Below, one piece after another: positions 28,589-37,372 of a DNA stretch of 63,343 bases. How positions within the stretch are numbered: the first letter of the stretch is position 1; each line of letters begins with the position of its first letter. Both the position numbers and the translations under genes were made by a program. Under the pieces are notes generated by a model that had not been told where the DNA came from, made no database searches, and saw only the letters and a list, made by a program, of their open reading frames with translations. Where the stretch lies: assembly GCA_031549455.1 (NCBI GenBank), contig JAVBPT010000020.1, positions 1 to 63,343 on the forward strand, given 5' to 3'. The stretch comes from Eubacteriales bacterium. Its GTDB lineage: Bacteria; Bacillota; Clostridia; Lachnospirales; JAKSVV01.

Positions 28589-29038
28589 ATGCATAAGAAA
28601 CTTGTCATCATTCCCATACTAGTATTAATGTTCATATTGTTTATAGGTGCAGAAAACCCTTATATAAACAATTTAGAACTCAAAGCAAATGATATTGCTG
28701 ATAGAATTTCAACCAGTGTCCAAGGTGGACTAAAAAATGGTAAAGAAACCCAATTAAAGAAGATACCTGGGGTTACAAATGTAAAAACAATCACAAATAA
28801 AGATACGCTATATATTGCAATCATGATAGATAAAAAATGGAATGATAGAAACAGTATAAGGGAAAATATAAAATTGAAATTAGAAAATATCGATAATAAA
28901 ATAAAAACGGCGTATCTATTTATGGATCCAGAATCATATAATATGATAGAAGAAATGAAAAAAAATAAAAAAGGGTATACAAATAAACTAAATGAATTAG
29001 TTATAGCTAAAGATCATGAAATTATCAAGATAAGATAA
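28589..29038 (+). CDS. YhcN/YlaJ-like sporulation protein
   Basis: Signal-like N-terminus; LKKIPGVTNVKTI..KDTLYIAI, IKTAYLFMDPE pattern; possible sigma-G/F-like promoter GTATG-17 nt-TATACTA upstream. Confidence 0.55.
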   Translation: MHKKLVIIPILVLMFILFIGAENPYINNLELKANDIADRISTSVQGGLKNGKETQLKKIPGVTNVKTITNKDTLYIAIMIDKKWNDRNSIRENIKLKLENIDNKIKTAYLFMDPESYNMIEEMKKNKKGYTNKLNELVIAKDHEIIKIR

Positions 29039-29067
29039 ATAGGAACAAGAACGCTTCCTATTTTTTT
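29037..29067 (+). terminator. Intrinsic terminator
   Basis: aaataggaa-caagaacgc-ttcctattt followed by a T run. Confidence 0.7.
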
Positions 29068-29125
29068 GTTTCCACACTAACGAAAGTATATGAAAATTAG
29101 AAGTTTCGTTAGTGTGGAAACAAAA
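29064..29125. repeat. Perfect 22-bp inverted repeat with 18-nt spacer
   Basis: ttttgtttccacactaacgaaa ... tttcgttagtgtggaaacaaaa. Confidence 0.9.
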
Positions 29126-29275
29126 CTTCTACTTTTGCGCGATGTTTTATTTCTATATAAAATGGAATTAAATTTATGCTATATAGTATAGATTTTTTGT
29201 TAGAATGAGAAATTTAGTTGTATTTTTTATTTTACGAGTTAAAATAAAGACAATATGAAATAAAAAGGGGTATTT

Positions 29276-29983
29276 ATGATTGAGATAAAAGATTTGGTGA
29301 AATCATACGGAGACAATAAAAATGCAGTGGATCATATCAGCTTCACAATCGAGGATGGAGATATTTTTGGATTCATCGGAAGGAATGGAGCGGGCAAAAC
29401 CACGACAATTAAATGTATCATAGGGTTACATGACTTTCAGGGAGAAGTCATTATAAATGGAAAGTCGGTCAAAGAAAAGGCTTTGGAATGTAAAAAAGAA
29501 ATGAGTTATGTACCGGACAACCCTGAGATCTATGACTACTTAACAGGAATACAATATTTGAATTTTATAGCGGATATCTATGGCGTGGGTAAAGAAAAAA
29601 GAACAGAACTAATCGAAAAATACAGTAAAAAATTAGAGCTTGTCGATAGTCTTGGCAATCTGATTTCCTCTTATTCACATGGGATGAAACAAAAACTAGT
29701 GTTGATCTCTGCTTTGATTCATGAACCAAAGATTTTAATCTTGGACGAACCGTTTGTTGGGCTAGATCCGAACGCGGTTTTTACCTTAAAAGAGATTATG
29801 AAGGAGATGTGTAGTGAGGGAAGATCCATCTTCTTTTCCACACACGTACTAGATGTGGCTGAGAAAATATGTAATAAGGTGGCCATCATCAGCAATGGAA
29901 AGATTGCAGCGTGTGGGGATATTAAAGAGATTGCAAATGATAAGACGCTCGAAGAAACCTTTCTTACAATGGTAGGTGAGTAA
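29276..29983 (+). CDS. ABC-2 type transporter ATP-binding protein
   Basis: GRNGAGKTT, YSHGMKQK, ILDEPFVGLDP, STH. Confidence 0.95.
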   Translation: MIEIKDLVKSYGDNKNAVDHISFTIEDGDIFGFIGRNGAGKTTTIKCIIGLHDFQGEVIINGKSVKEKALECKKEMSYVPDNPEIYDYLTGIQYLNFIADIYGVGKEKRTELIEKYSKKLELVDSLGNLISSYSHGMKQKLVLISALIHEPKILILDEPFVGLDPNAVFTLKEIMKEMCSEGRSIFFSTHVLDVAEKICNKVAIISNGKIAACGDIKEIANDKTLEETFLTMVGE

Positions 29984-29984
29984 T

Positions 29985-31583
29985 ATGAGAGATTTTTGGG
30001 TATTAATCAAGGCGGAGTTCTTGAACAGTTTTTATGTCAATCGGATTATTCATGAAAAGAATAAAAAAGAAAAACGAAATCTGATATTAAAATTGGCCTT
30101 TTCGATTGCTCTAGCTGCCTTTTTGGTCTATTATTTTTACTATATTGTAAACATGGGTCTAAAGTTTTTTCATAGTAAAGAGATTTTACAGAGCGTTATG
30201 TTGATATTTGCTGCGCTGGCTTCATTTTTTATCTTCATTCGCATCCTATCCTTGACCCAAACCAGCATGTTTCGGGCGGGAAATTATGAGATGATTGCCA
30301 GTATGCCGATTCAAAAAAATGTGATTTTGATGGGGAAGATTATTGAGACAGTGATTGATGAGTATGCGATTATGTTTCTTTTTATCCTGCCATCCATCAT
30401 CATCTATTATCAGAACCATCCAGAGAATATCGTTCTTTTTGCATTCAAATTTCTCTTGGCTTTTCTTTTCTTACCACTCTTACCAACCATACTTGCAATC
30501 AGCTTTATTATCTTGATTGCCAGACTTTTGGTACGATTTAAAAATAAGGACACCCTCTTTTTGATTAGCACACTTGCATTGTCCCTTTTTATTATTTTTA
30601 ATAGTAGAAGTTTAATGCCTCTTTTGGAACAGCTTGAAACCAGCGCGGGAGGGATTACACTTTTCTTTAAGCAATATCTTCCCTTTATCTATTACTTTGT
30701 GGAGACAATCACAAATTTTAATGTCGTAAACTACCTTTTATATGTGGCGATGACCTTTATACCATTTTTCCTATTGACCTTCTTGTTTTCGAATCTATAT
30801 GAGAAGATTATGAAACGGTTTATGGTGGTTTCTACAGGAAATCGTCATTATGCAAAGAATTATGCACAAAACAGCATTCTAAAAGCACTCTTCAAAAAGG
30901 AGCTAAAAAGATACTTTGCCAGCGCAATCTACGTACTGAACACCTCATTTGGTGCCATCATGCTTTTTGCCTCATCCATTGCCACCCTTCTTTTTGGGGC
31001 TGGTAAGGTCATAGAGACGATGGGGTTTGCTGAGCTTACAGCCATCGTACCCTATTTCTTCCTTGTATTTATCTGTTTTGTGGCGAGCATTTCATGCACA
31101 ACCAATGCTTCCATCTCTCTTGAAGGAAAGAACTTTTGGTTGTTAAAAGTATTGCCGATCAAACCGATTCAGATTTATCAAGCCAAGATTATTTTAAATA
31201 TGATCATTGTCTTACCCATCACTTTTATATCGATTCTGATTTTGGCATTTAGCCTTAAGATTGATTGGCCATTTATTTTGCTCTACTTTGGAGCTGCTAC
31301 GGCATACTCCATACTGACTTCGATCCTCGGAATTATTATCAACCTCTATTTTCCAAGTTTTAAGTGGAAGAGAGAGATTCAGGTTGTAAAGCAAGGACTG
31401 TCCGTTTTGGTTTCAGTCTTTTTAAACATGGGACTTGTCATCCTTCCGGTGATGCTTTACTTTCCACTTGCCGCTTGGAACGTGAGTCTAAATCTTTATA
31501 TGACAATCGTGGGTGTTTGTCTCCTTTTACTCATTTTGCTAAGTTATCAGTTTTTGGGCAAAAAAGAGCTATGTAATGAATAG
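29985..31583 (+). CDS. ABC-2 type exporter permease
   Basis: Many TM helices; SISLEGKNFWLLKVLPI, INLYFP..W..E..VVKQ. Confidence 0.88.
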   Translation: MRDFWVLIKAEFLNSFYVNRIIHEKNKKEKRNLILKLAFSIALAAFLVYYFYYIVNMGLKFFHSKEILQSVMLIFAALASFFIFIRILSLTQTSMFRAGNYEMIASMPIQKNVILMGKIIETVIDEYAIMFLFILPSIIIYYQNHPENIVLFAFKFLLAFLFLPLLPTILAISFIILIARLLVRFKNKDTLFLISTLALSLFIIFNSRSLMPLLEQLETSAGGITLFFKQYLPFIYYFVETITNFNVVNYLLYVAMTFIPFFLLTFLFSNLYEKIMKRFMVVSTGNRHYAKNYAQNSILKALFKKELKRYFASAIYVLNTSFGAIMLFASSIATLLFGAGKVIETMGFAELTAIVPYFFLVFICFVASISCTTNASISLEGKNFWLLKVLPIKPIQIYQAKIILNMIIVLPITFISILILAFSLKIDWPFILLYFGAATAYSILTSILGIIINLYFPSFKWKREIQVVKQGLSVLVSVFLNMGLVILPVMLYFPLAAWNVSLNLYMTIVGVCLLLLILLSYQFLGKKELCNE

Positions 31584-31624
31584 ACTATAAAGAATGAATA
31601 GAATGAGCTAGCGCTCATTTTTAA

Positions 31625-31653
31625 TTGACAAAATTTGGGATATCGGATATAAT
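31625..31653 (+). promoter_or_regulatory. Consensus sigma-A promoter
   Basis: TTGACA-17 nt-TATAAT, perfect consensus. Confidence 0.85.
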
Positions 31654-31674
31654 AGCAAAAAATGGAGATAAACA

Positions 31675-33345
31675 ATGCAGGATGAAAGAAAATATTTAAT
31701 CGATCTATCGGTGGCGCTTGCAACTGGCTTGAAGCGTTTTGTGCAGGAATATGGAACAGGGATTGAAACGACCTCCAAGCTGAGGGGTGTAATCGAGTTA
31801 GTCGATGGGATTGAAAAAACGCTTTCACAAGTGACAGCGGATGTGGTGAAGAAACATGACAAAATTTATGACTTAGAGGTGCTCAGCGATTTAAGCCGTT
31901 TTTTGAAATGTTTTAATGGAGAACCAAAGAGGGTTCGGCTGGGTGAAATACACTATGTAGCGTTTGTGGGTCTAAGAGAGGAAATGAAGAGCATCCATCC
32001 GGCTCTTATTCTCGGGGAATATGAAGATCATGCATTTATTATGCCAATGACGAGGAGTGATTACTCCTATGAAAAAGGTCTGGCAAAAGAGAAGGGATAT
32101 TATATTCCCACCAAAAAGGAACAAGATGTCTTTATAGGAGACTTCAAACCCAAAACGCTTCTCCCTACATTTGCTAAGATGATATCTTGCCGAAGAATTG
32201 TTGACTCTGTTTGCACCACAGGGAATCGGATTGCAGGAATTGATCTGGAAAAAGAAGAGGGAAGAGAATTATTGTTTAAGCTACAGGCACTGGTTGTGGG
32301 GTCACAGTGTGACCTGGTTGAGCAGAGGCTGAGAGAGATGGCCGAGGCGATGGGGATGGACGCCCAAATGGGTCTTCATCGATTAATTCCTGCTTTTGAA
32401 AGAAAGGCGGTTTTGCAAAGAACAGAGGTAGAGGCAGGAGTTAGGCGCATAGAAAGTCTAACCGCAGAAAATCAAACGCTTCTTGAAGAGAATCAGAGAC
32501 TTGAAGAAGAAAAAAAGGTACTGTTACTGGGAAATGAAAGACTAAGGGAACAGAGGAGAGACGAAAAGGCCCTTAAACAAAAAAATGATGAACTAGTTGA
32601 TGAGAACAAACGTTTACATAGGCAGGTGGAGATTAGCGAAAGGGCAAGGGAATTAGCTTTGGCGGAGCAAAAAAGAATCTCAGAAAAAGAAGCGGGGAGA
32701 TTAGAAAGGGCACATCAGAGCGATTTGCAACAGAAGGAGGCTCGTATCCATAGGCTTGAAAGGCAGTGTGGTGAACTGAGTGAAGCGTTAGGAGAAGAAA
32801 GAGGCAGTTTAGAGCGTGTGGATCATGCATGTCAGCAGATCATTTTTGGAAAGGTTTTAAATAAAAATGATCTGCGGGGGACAAATCAACTTCAGATTGC
32901 TTCCCTTGTGGGAAAAATGATAGGAACGGTTGTAGAGAATCTGTGTTCTTTAGAGGCACCCTCTCTCAGATTCCTTCAAGAAATCATACGCGTATTGGAT
33001 GAGGACTCAGAGGAGTCAAATCGCTTTTTATCTAGCCTGGTTCTTCCTGCTCCTATTTTAGCGTCTTTTAAGAAGGTGGTTCTAGAGAGCATTTGTAGGG
33101 CGATTGAATACAAGGAAAAATTTCCGCAAGAAAAGATGGGGGATCCGTTTTTGGGGCTTAAGGTGCTGGCCATTGAGGTTGAAAAGGGGCCTGAAGGAGT
33201 TGAGGTAAGTAAAAAAATGGGACTTGATCCGGAGGAGGTTCGGATCATTGCAAAGCTGGTAGAGGGATGGGACGCGACGGAGACTCAGATGTCTTTTCAA
33301 GAAATATGGGAAGAATTGGTAGCTGGAGAGGAGCCAGAGGCATAA
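31675..33345 (+). CDS. Hypothetical protein: PemK/MazF-like domain, coiled coil and C-terminal helical region
   Basis: RLGEIHYVAF..EMKSIHPALIL..FIMPMT...KMISCRRI resembles the PemK fold; long E/R/K heptad run follows. Confidence 0.6.
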   Translation: MQDERKYLIDLSVALATGLKRFVQEYGTGIETTSKLRGVIELVDGIEKTLSQVTADVVKKHDKIYDLEVLSDLSRFLKCFNGEPKRVRLGEIHYVAFVGLREEMKSIHPALILGEYEDHAFIMPMTRSDYSYEKGLAKEKGYYIPTKKEQDVFIGDFKPKTLLPTFAKMISCRRIVDSVCTTGNRIAGIDLEKEEGRELLFKLQALVVGSQCDLVEQRLREMAEAMGMDAQMGLHRLIPAFERKAVLQRTEVEAGVRRIESLTAENQTLLEENQRLEEEKKVLLLGNERLREQRRDEKALKQKNDELVDENKRLHRQVEISERARELALAEQKRISEKEAGRLERAHQSDLQQKEARIHRLERQCGELSEALGEERGSLERVDHACQQIIFGKVLNKNDLRGTNQLQIASLVGKMIGTVVENLCSLEAPSLRFLQEIIRVLDEDSEESNRFLSSLVLPAPILASFKKVVLESICRAIEYKEKFPQEKMGDPFLGLKVLAIEVEKGPEGVEVSKKMGLDPEEVRIIAKLVEGWDATETQMSFQEIWEELVAGEEPEA

Positions 33346-33437
33346 TATTCAGAATTACCCATGGACAAATCCAAATTTAGTGGTATAATATGTATATTCA
33401 TGTAAAAAAAGTTGAAAATAAAGATGGAGGTGTTCTA

Positions 33438-33605
33438 ATGAGCGGTTATCACGAAAGTAGCTTTAGCAATCACCATGGGAGAAGCAGATTAACATTTATT
33501 CTTTTTATCGTCATGATCGTGGTGGTGTACTTGATATTAAACGAGTTATCATTACAGTACACAGGAAAGAGATTAGAAGATCACGTGATCAGCAATTTTA
33601 AATAG
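33438..33605 (+). CDS. Small single-TM membrane protein (55 aa)
   Basis: RBS GGAGGTG before ATG 33438; one hydrophobic helix; upstream TGGACA-16 nt-TATAAT. Confidence 0.7.
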   Translation: MSGYHESSFSNHHGRSRLTFILFIVMIVVVYLILNELSLQYTGKRLEDHVISNFK

Positions 33606-33613
33606 GGGGAGCT

Positions 33614-33982
33614 ATGCCGGATATAGAAGTAAACTTAAGGTTATTAATCGATATCCTAACCAAGAAAAACGAAGTGATGAACGAAATTTACAATATTTCG
33701 ATTAATCAGGAATCCATCATTTCTTCTGGGCATATGGATATGGCCCTGTTAGGAGAAACCGCTGACTTGATCAAATCCAAGACAGAAATGGTCAATACGT
33801 TGGATGAACATTTTCAAAAGACATATGATCTGATTAGCAAGGAGTTAAGCGAAAATATTGAACAATATAAGACCCATATTGCAGCGATGAAAGAAAAGAT
33901 CCAAAATGCGACGGAACTTAAGATTAGAATAAAGCTTCAGGAGGAGAGTAACAGCCAAAAACTTTCCAAGATTTTAGCCTGA
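33614..33982 (+). CDS. FlgN-like flagellar export chaperone
   Basis: LIDILTKK..NQE...K..LDEHFQKTY helical pattern of clostridial FlgN-like proteins. Confidence 0.6.
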   Translation: MPDIEVNLRLLIDILTKKNEVMNEIYNISINQESIISSGHMDMALLGETADLIKSKTEMVNTLDEHFQKTYDLISKELSENIEQYKTHIAAMKEKIQNATELKIRIKLQEESNSQKLSKILA

Positions 33983-33987
33983 TTTTA

Positions 33988-34016
33988 TTGACTTATCAGA
34001 TAAAATATGATATCAT
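33988..34016 (+). promoter_or_regulatory. Sigma-A promoter of the rpmG-secE-nusG operon
   Basis: TTGACT-17 nt-TATCAT with TG extension. Confidence 0.65.
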
Positions 34017-34079
34017 GCATACAAAAGTGAAGAGCTCCGACTCTTTTTTATTTGAAATTTTGGTGAAAGAGGTAGCATA

Positions 34080-34229
34080 ATGCAAGAGAAAATAACATTA
34101 GAATGCACAGAATGCAAGCAAAGAAATTATGACACAACGAAGAACAAAAAAAAGCATCCGGACCGACTAGAGTTTAATAAGTTTTGTAAATTCTGTGGTA
34201 AGCACACTCCACATAAAGAAACAAAATAA
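34080..34229 (+). CDS. rpmG: 50S ribosomal protein L33, zinc-binding form (absent from ORF track)
   Basis: [49 protein letters not shown]. Confidence 0.97.
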   Translation: MQEKITLECTECKQRNYDTTKNKKKHPDRLEFNKFCKFCGKHTPHKETK

Positions 34230-34240
34230 GGGGGAGTAAG

Positions 34241-34432
34241 ATGAATAAATTTTTCAAAGAATTACAAAAAGAATATAATCAAATCATATGGCCAACCAGA
34301 AATGAAACGGTTAAAAAAACCATACTTGTAATCGCCCTTTCTGCGTTCTTAACATTACTTATATTTGTATTTGACCTATCATTCGTTGAGATTGGAAGCT
34401 TAGTACTACAAAAGTTTAGTATAGGTGGTTAA
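34241..34432 (+). CDS. secE: Preprotein translocase subunit SecE
   Basis: FFKELQKEY.QIIWPTRNE followed by a TM helix; position between rpmG and nusG. Confidence 0.93.
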   Translation: MNKFFKELQKEYNQIIWPTRNETVKKTILVIALSAFLTLLIFVFDLSFVEIGSLVLQKFSIGG

Positions 34433-34433
34433 T

Positions 34434-34976
34434 ATGACGGATGGTTTAAAAGAATTAAAGTCAGATATCCTAAAGTGGTATGTAATTCACACTTATTCTG
34501 GCTATGAAAACAAAGTAAAAGGAACACTGGACAATATTATTGAAACCAGAAATATCAGGGAACTAATATCTGATGTGATTGTTCCTACATATGAAACGAT
34601 TGAAAACAAGGCCGGAGCTAAAAAAAGCGTTCAACGAAAAACATTGCCTAGTTATGTGCTTGTTAAGATGGTGATGAATGACTATACATGGTATATCGTG
34701 CGAAATGTGAGAGGTGTGACCGGGTTCGTAGGACCTGGATCAAAGCCAGTCGCACTCACCGAAAAAGAGGTCATGGATCTTGGACTCGAAAGAATAGAAG
34801 TGATCTTGCCGGTGGATATAGGAGACCTAGCCAAAATAACAACAGGGGCTTTTGCTTCCTCAAGTGGTGTGGTAACAGCAATCAATAAAAACAAAAAAAC
34901 AGTCACTGTAAATCTAAATGTATTTGGACGTGAAACACCAGTAGAGATAGATTTTGCAAGTGTTGAAAAAATATAG
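34434..34976 (+). CDS. nusG: Transcription termination/antitermination factor NusG
   Basis: WYVIHTYSGYENKV, VRNVRGVTGFVG, VFGRETPVE. Confidence 0.97.
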   Translation: MTDGLKELKSDILKWYVIHTYSGYENKVKGTLDNIIETRNIRELISDVIVPTYETIENKAGAKKSVQRKTLPSYVLVKMVMNDYTWYIVRNVRGVTGFVGPGSKPVALTEKEVMDLGLERIEVILPVDIGDLAKITTGAFASSSGVVTAINKNKKTVTVNLNVFGRETPVEIDFASVEKI

Positions 34977-34991
34977 AATGGAGGTTAAAAA

Positions 34992-35417
34992 ATGGCTAAA
35001 GAAATCACAGGAAAGATTAAGTTACAAATAGAAGCAGGAAAAGCAAACCCAGCTCCACCAGTTGGTCCAGCACTTGGGCAACACGGCGTAAACATTATGG
35101 ACTTTTGTAAACAATTCAATGATATTACGAAAGACCAAATGGGCATGGTTATTCCAGTGATTATAACGGTATACAAAGATAGAACGTTTACCTTTATAAC
35201 CAAAACACCACCTGTGGCAAACTTAATTAAGAAAACAGCCAATCTAAAAAGTGGTTCTAAGGTACCGAATAAGGAAAAAGTAGCAAGCCTTACAACAGCT
35301 CAAGTAAAAGCAATTGCTGAGCAAAAAATGAAAGACCTAAATGCAAACACTGTTGAGGCGGCAATGGAAATGGTTCGTGGTACAGCAAGAAGCATGGGCG
35401 TTACAGCAAAAGAATAA
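34992..35417 (+). CDS. rplK: 50S ribosomal protein L11
   Basis: [33 protein letters not shown]. Confidence 0.98.
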   Translation: MAKEITGKIKLQIEAGKANPAPPVGPALGQHGVNIMDFCKQFNDITKDQMGMVIPVIITVYKDRTFTFITKTPPVANLIKKTANLKSGSKVPNKEKVASLTTAQVKAIAEQKMKDLNANTVEAAMEMVRGTARSMGVTAKE

Positions 35418-35426
35418 TAAAGAAGC

Positions 35427-35459
35427 GTGGGAGGGAAACCGTTATCACCACAAGGAGGA
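35427..35459 (+). promoter_or_regulatory. L1-binding autoregulatory RNA element
   Basis: gtgggagggaaaccgttatcaccac stem just before the rplA RBS, the usual Firmicute position. Confidence 0.6.
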
Positions 35460-35462
35460 AAA

Positions 35463-36155
35463 ATGAAAAGAGGCAAAAAGTATCAAGAAGCGGCTAAGCT
35501 TATAGAAGATTCAAAATTGTATGATGTAAAAGAGGCAATAAGCTTAGTAAGAAAAACATCCTATACCAAATTTGATGGTTCAGTAGAATTACACGTACGA
35601 CTTGGCGTAGACTCAAAACAAGCTGACCAACAAGTAAGAGGAGCAGTGGTGCTTCCAAATGGAACAGGAAAAGATATTAAAATTGTGGTTGTTACAAAAG
35701 AAGCAAATTTCAAAGCAGCACAAGACGCTGGAGCAGATTTTGTTGGAGGAGAAGATATCATAAGCAAAATTCAAACCGAAAACTGGTTTGGGTTTGATGT
35801 AATGATTGCAACTCCTGACATGATGGGCGTAATCGGTAAGATTGGTAAAGTATTGGGACCAAAAGGTTTAATGCCAAACCCTAAAACAGGAACCGTTACA
35901 CCAGATGTAGCCAAAGCTGTAAAAGATGCAAAAGCGGGGAAGGTTGAATATAGACTCGATAAAAACAATATTATACATATGATGATTGGTAAGGTTTCAT
36001 TTGATGAGCAAAAAATCTTTGAAAACCTAGATACCGTAATGAGTGCCATTATAAAAGCAAAACCAGCAGCCGCCAAAGGGCAATACTTAAAGAGTATTAG
36101 TCTAGCGTCCACAATGGGACCCGGCGTTGCAGTCAATCCAATAAATTTTTCATAA
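35463..36155 (+). CDS. rplA: 50S ribosomal protein L1
   Basis: [40 protein letters not shown] after AAGGAGG. Confidence 0.98.
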   Translation: MKRGKKYQEAAKLIEDSKLYDVKEAISLVRKTSYTKFDGSVELHVRLGVDSKQADQQVRGAVVLPNGTGKDIKIVVVTKEANFKAAQDAGADFVGGEDIISKIQTENWFGFDVMIATPDMMGVIGKIGKVLGPKGLMPNPKTGTVTPDVAKAVKDAKAGKVEYRLDKNNIIHMMIGKVSFDEQKIFENLDTVMSAIIKAKPAAAKGQYLKSISLASTMGPGVAVNPINFS

Positions 36156-36177
36156 TAGATAATAAGCAATTATTATA

Positions 36178-36262
36178 TAGCCATAGACAGTAGGGACGGT
36201 TCGTTTAAATATCCTACCGAGGCGTGTACATAGAGAACATTCTTTTGTGCAGTCTTGGGCAA
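36178..36262 (+). promoter_or_regulatory. L10 leader (rplJ autoregulatory RNA)
   Basis: gccatagacagtagg...ttaa...cctaccgaggc signature upstream of rplJ. Confidence 0.8.
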
Positions 36263-36292
36263 AAGAATTTTTTTAATAGGAGGTGAAAATAA

Positions 36293-36781
36293 GTGGCAAA
36301 CCTAGATGACAAAAAAGAAGTTGTAAAAGAAATCAAGGAGAAGGTTGAGAAATCCATATCATTAGTACTTTTAAAATATGCGGGAATGAATGCAGAGTCT
36401 GAAACCGCTCTCAGAAAGCATCTATACGAAAACAAGATTGATTACAAAATTTATAAAAATAACCTGGTTCGTCTTGCTTTAAAAGGAACAAAGTATGAAG
36501 CGTTAGATGATGAGCTTGTGGGACCAGTGGCATATGCCTTTAGTTATGAAGATCCAACCGCAGCGGCAAGAAGCATCTATGAAAAGATCAAAGATATTGA
36601 AGCAGTTGAGTTAAAAGCAGGCGTAGTTGAAGGAACCAAATATGATCAAAGTGGAATCAAAGAAATCGCACAAATCCCAGGAAAAGAAATCCTGCTTGGC
36701 AGACTACTTGGCAGTTTCAATGGTCCGATTTCATCATTTGCAAGATGTATAAAACAAGTTGCAGAAAAGAAAGAAGCATAA
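36293..36781 (+). CDS. rplJ: 50S ribosomal protein L10
   Basis: GTG start with AGGAGGTG; KIYKNNLVRLA, LVGPVA, LKAGVVEG. Confidence 0.96.
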   Translation: MANLDDKKEVVKEIKEKVEKSISLVLLKYAGMNAESETALRKHLYENKIDYKIYKNNLVRLALKGTKYEALDDELVGPVAYAFSYEDPTAAARSIYEKIKDIEAVELKAGVVEGTKYDQSGIKEIAQIPGKEILLGRLLGSFNGPISSFARCIKQVAEKKEA

Positions 36782-36813
36782 TGATATAAAATTTTAAAAT
36801 TTGGAGGAAAAAA

Positions 36814-37179
36814 ATGAATGATAAAGTACAAAAAATCATAGACGAAGTGAAAACATTAACCGTGTTAGAATTAAATGAGCTTGTAAAAGCATGTGAAGAA
36901 GAATTTGGCGTTTCAGCAGCAGCAGGTGTCGTTATGGCAGCTGGTCCAGCTGGAGCAGCTGAAGAAAAAACATCCTTTGATGTTAAATTAGAAGATGCTG
37001 GAGCAAATAAAATAGCAGTTATTAAAGTGGTTAGAGAACTTACAAGCCTAGGACTTAAAGAAGCAAAAGACTTAGTAGATGGAGCACCAAAAGTGGTTAA
37101 AGAAGGCGTAAGCAAAGAAGAAGCAGAAGCTGCGAAAGCAAAATTTGAAGAAGCGGGCGCAAAAGTAACCTTGGCATAA
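36814..37179 (+). CDS. rplL: 50S ribosomal protein L7/L12
   Basis: [29 protein letters not shown]. Confidence 0.98.
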   Translation: MNDKVQKIIDEVKTLTVLELNELVKACEEEFGVSAAAGVVMAAGPAGAAEEKTSFDVKLEDAGANKIAVIKVVRELTSLGLKEAKDLVDGAPKVVKEGVSKEEAEAAKAKFEEAGAKVTLA

Positions 37180-37199
37180 TACATAGGATAAAAATAGTG

Positions 37200-37228
37200 G
37201 AGTAGACTTAAAAAAGGTCTACTTTTTT
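37200..37228 (+). terminator. Intrinsic terminator
   Basis: gagtagactt-aaaaa-aggtctactt followed by a T run. Confidence 0.8.
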
Positions 37229-37372
37229 ATTGTTTTAATGAGCATAAAATCCATATAAGCAATATTTTACAAGAAAATAATACGGTTTATAATTAAAAAC
37301 AACGTATTTATCCAAAAACTTCGTTCGCATTTCCAGCTTTATAATAAGATGAACATTAGAAGTGGAGAAATC

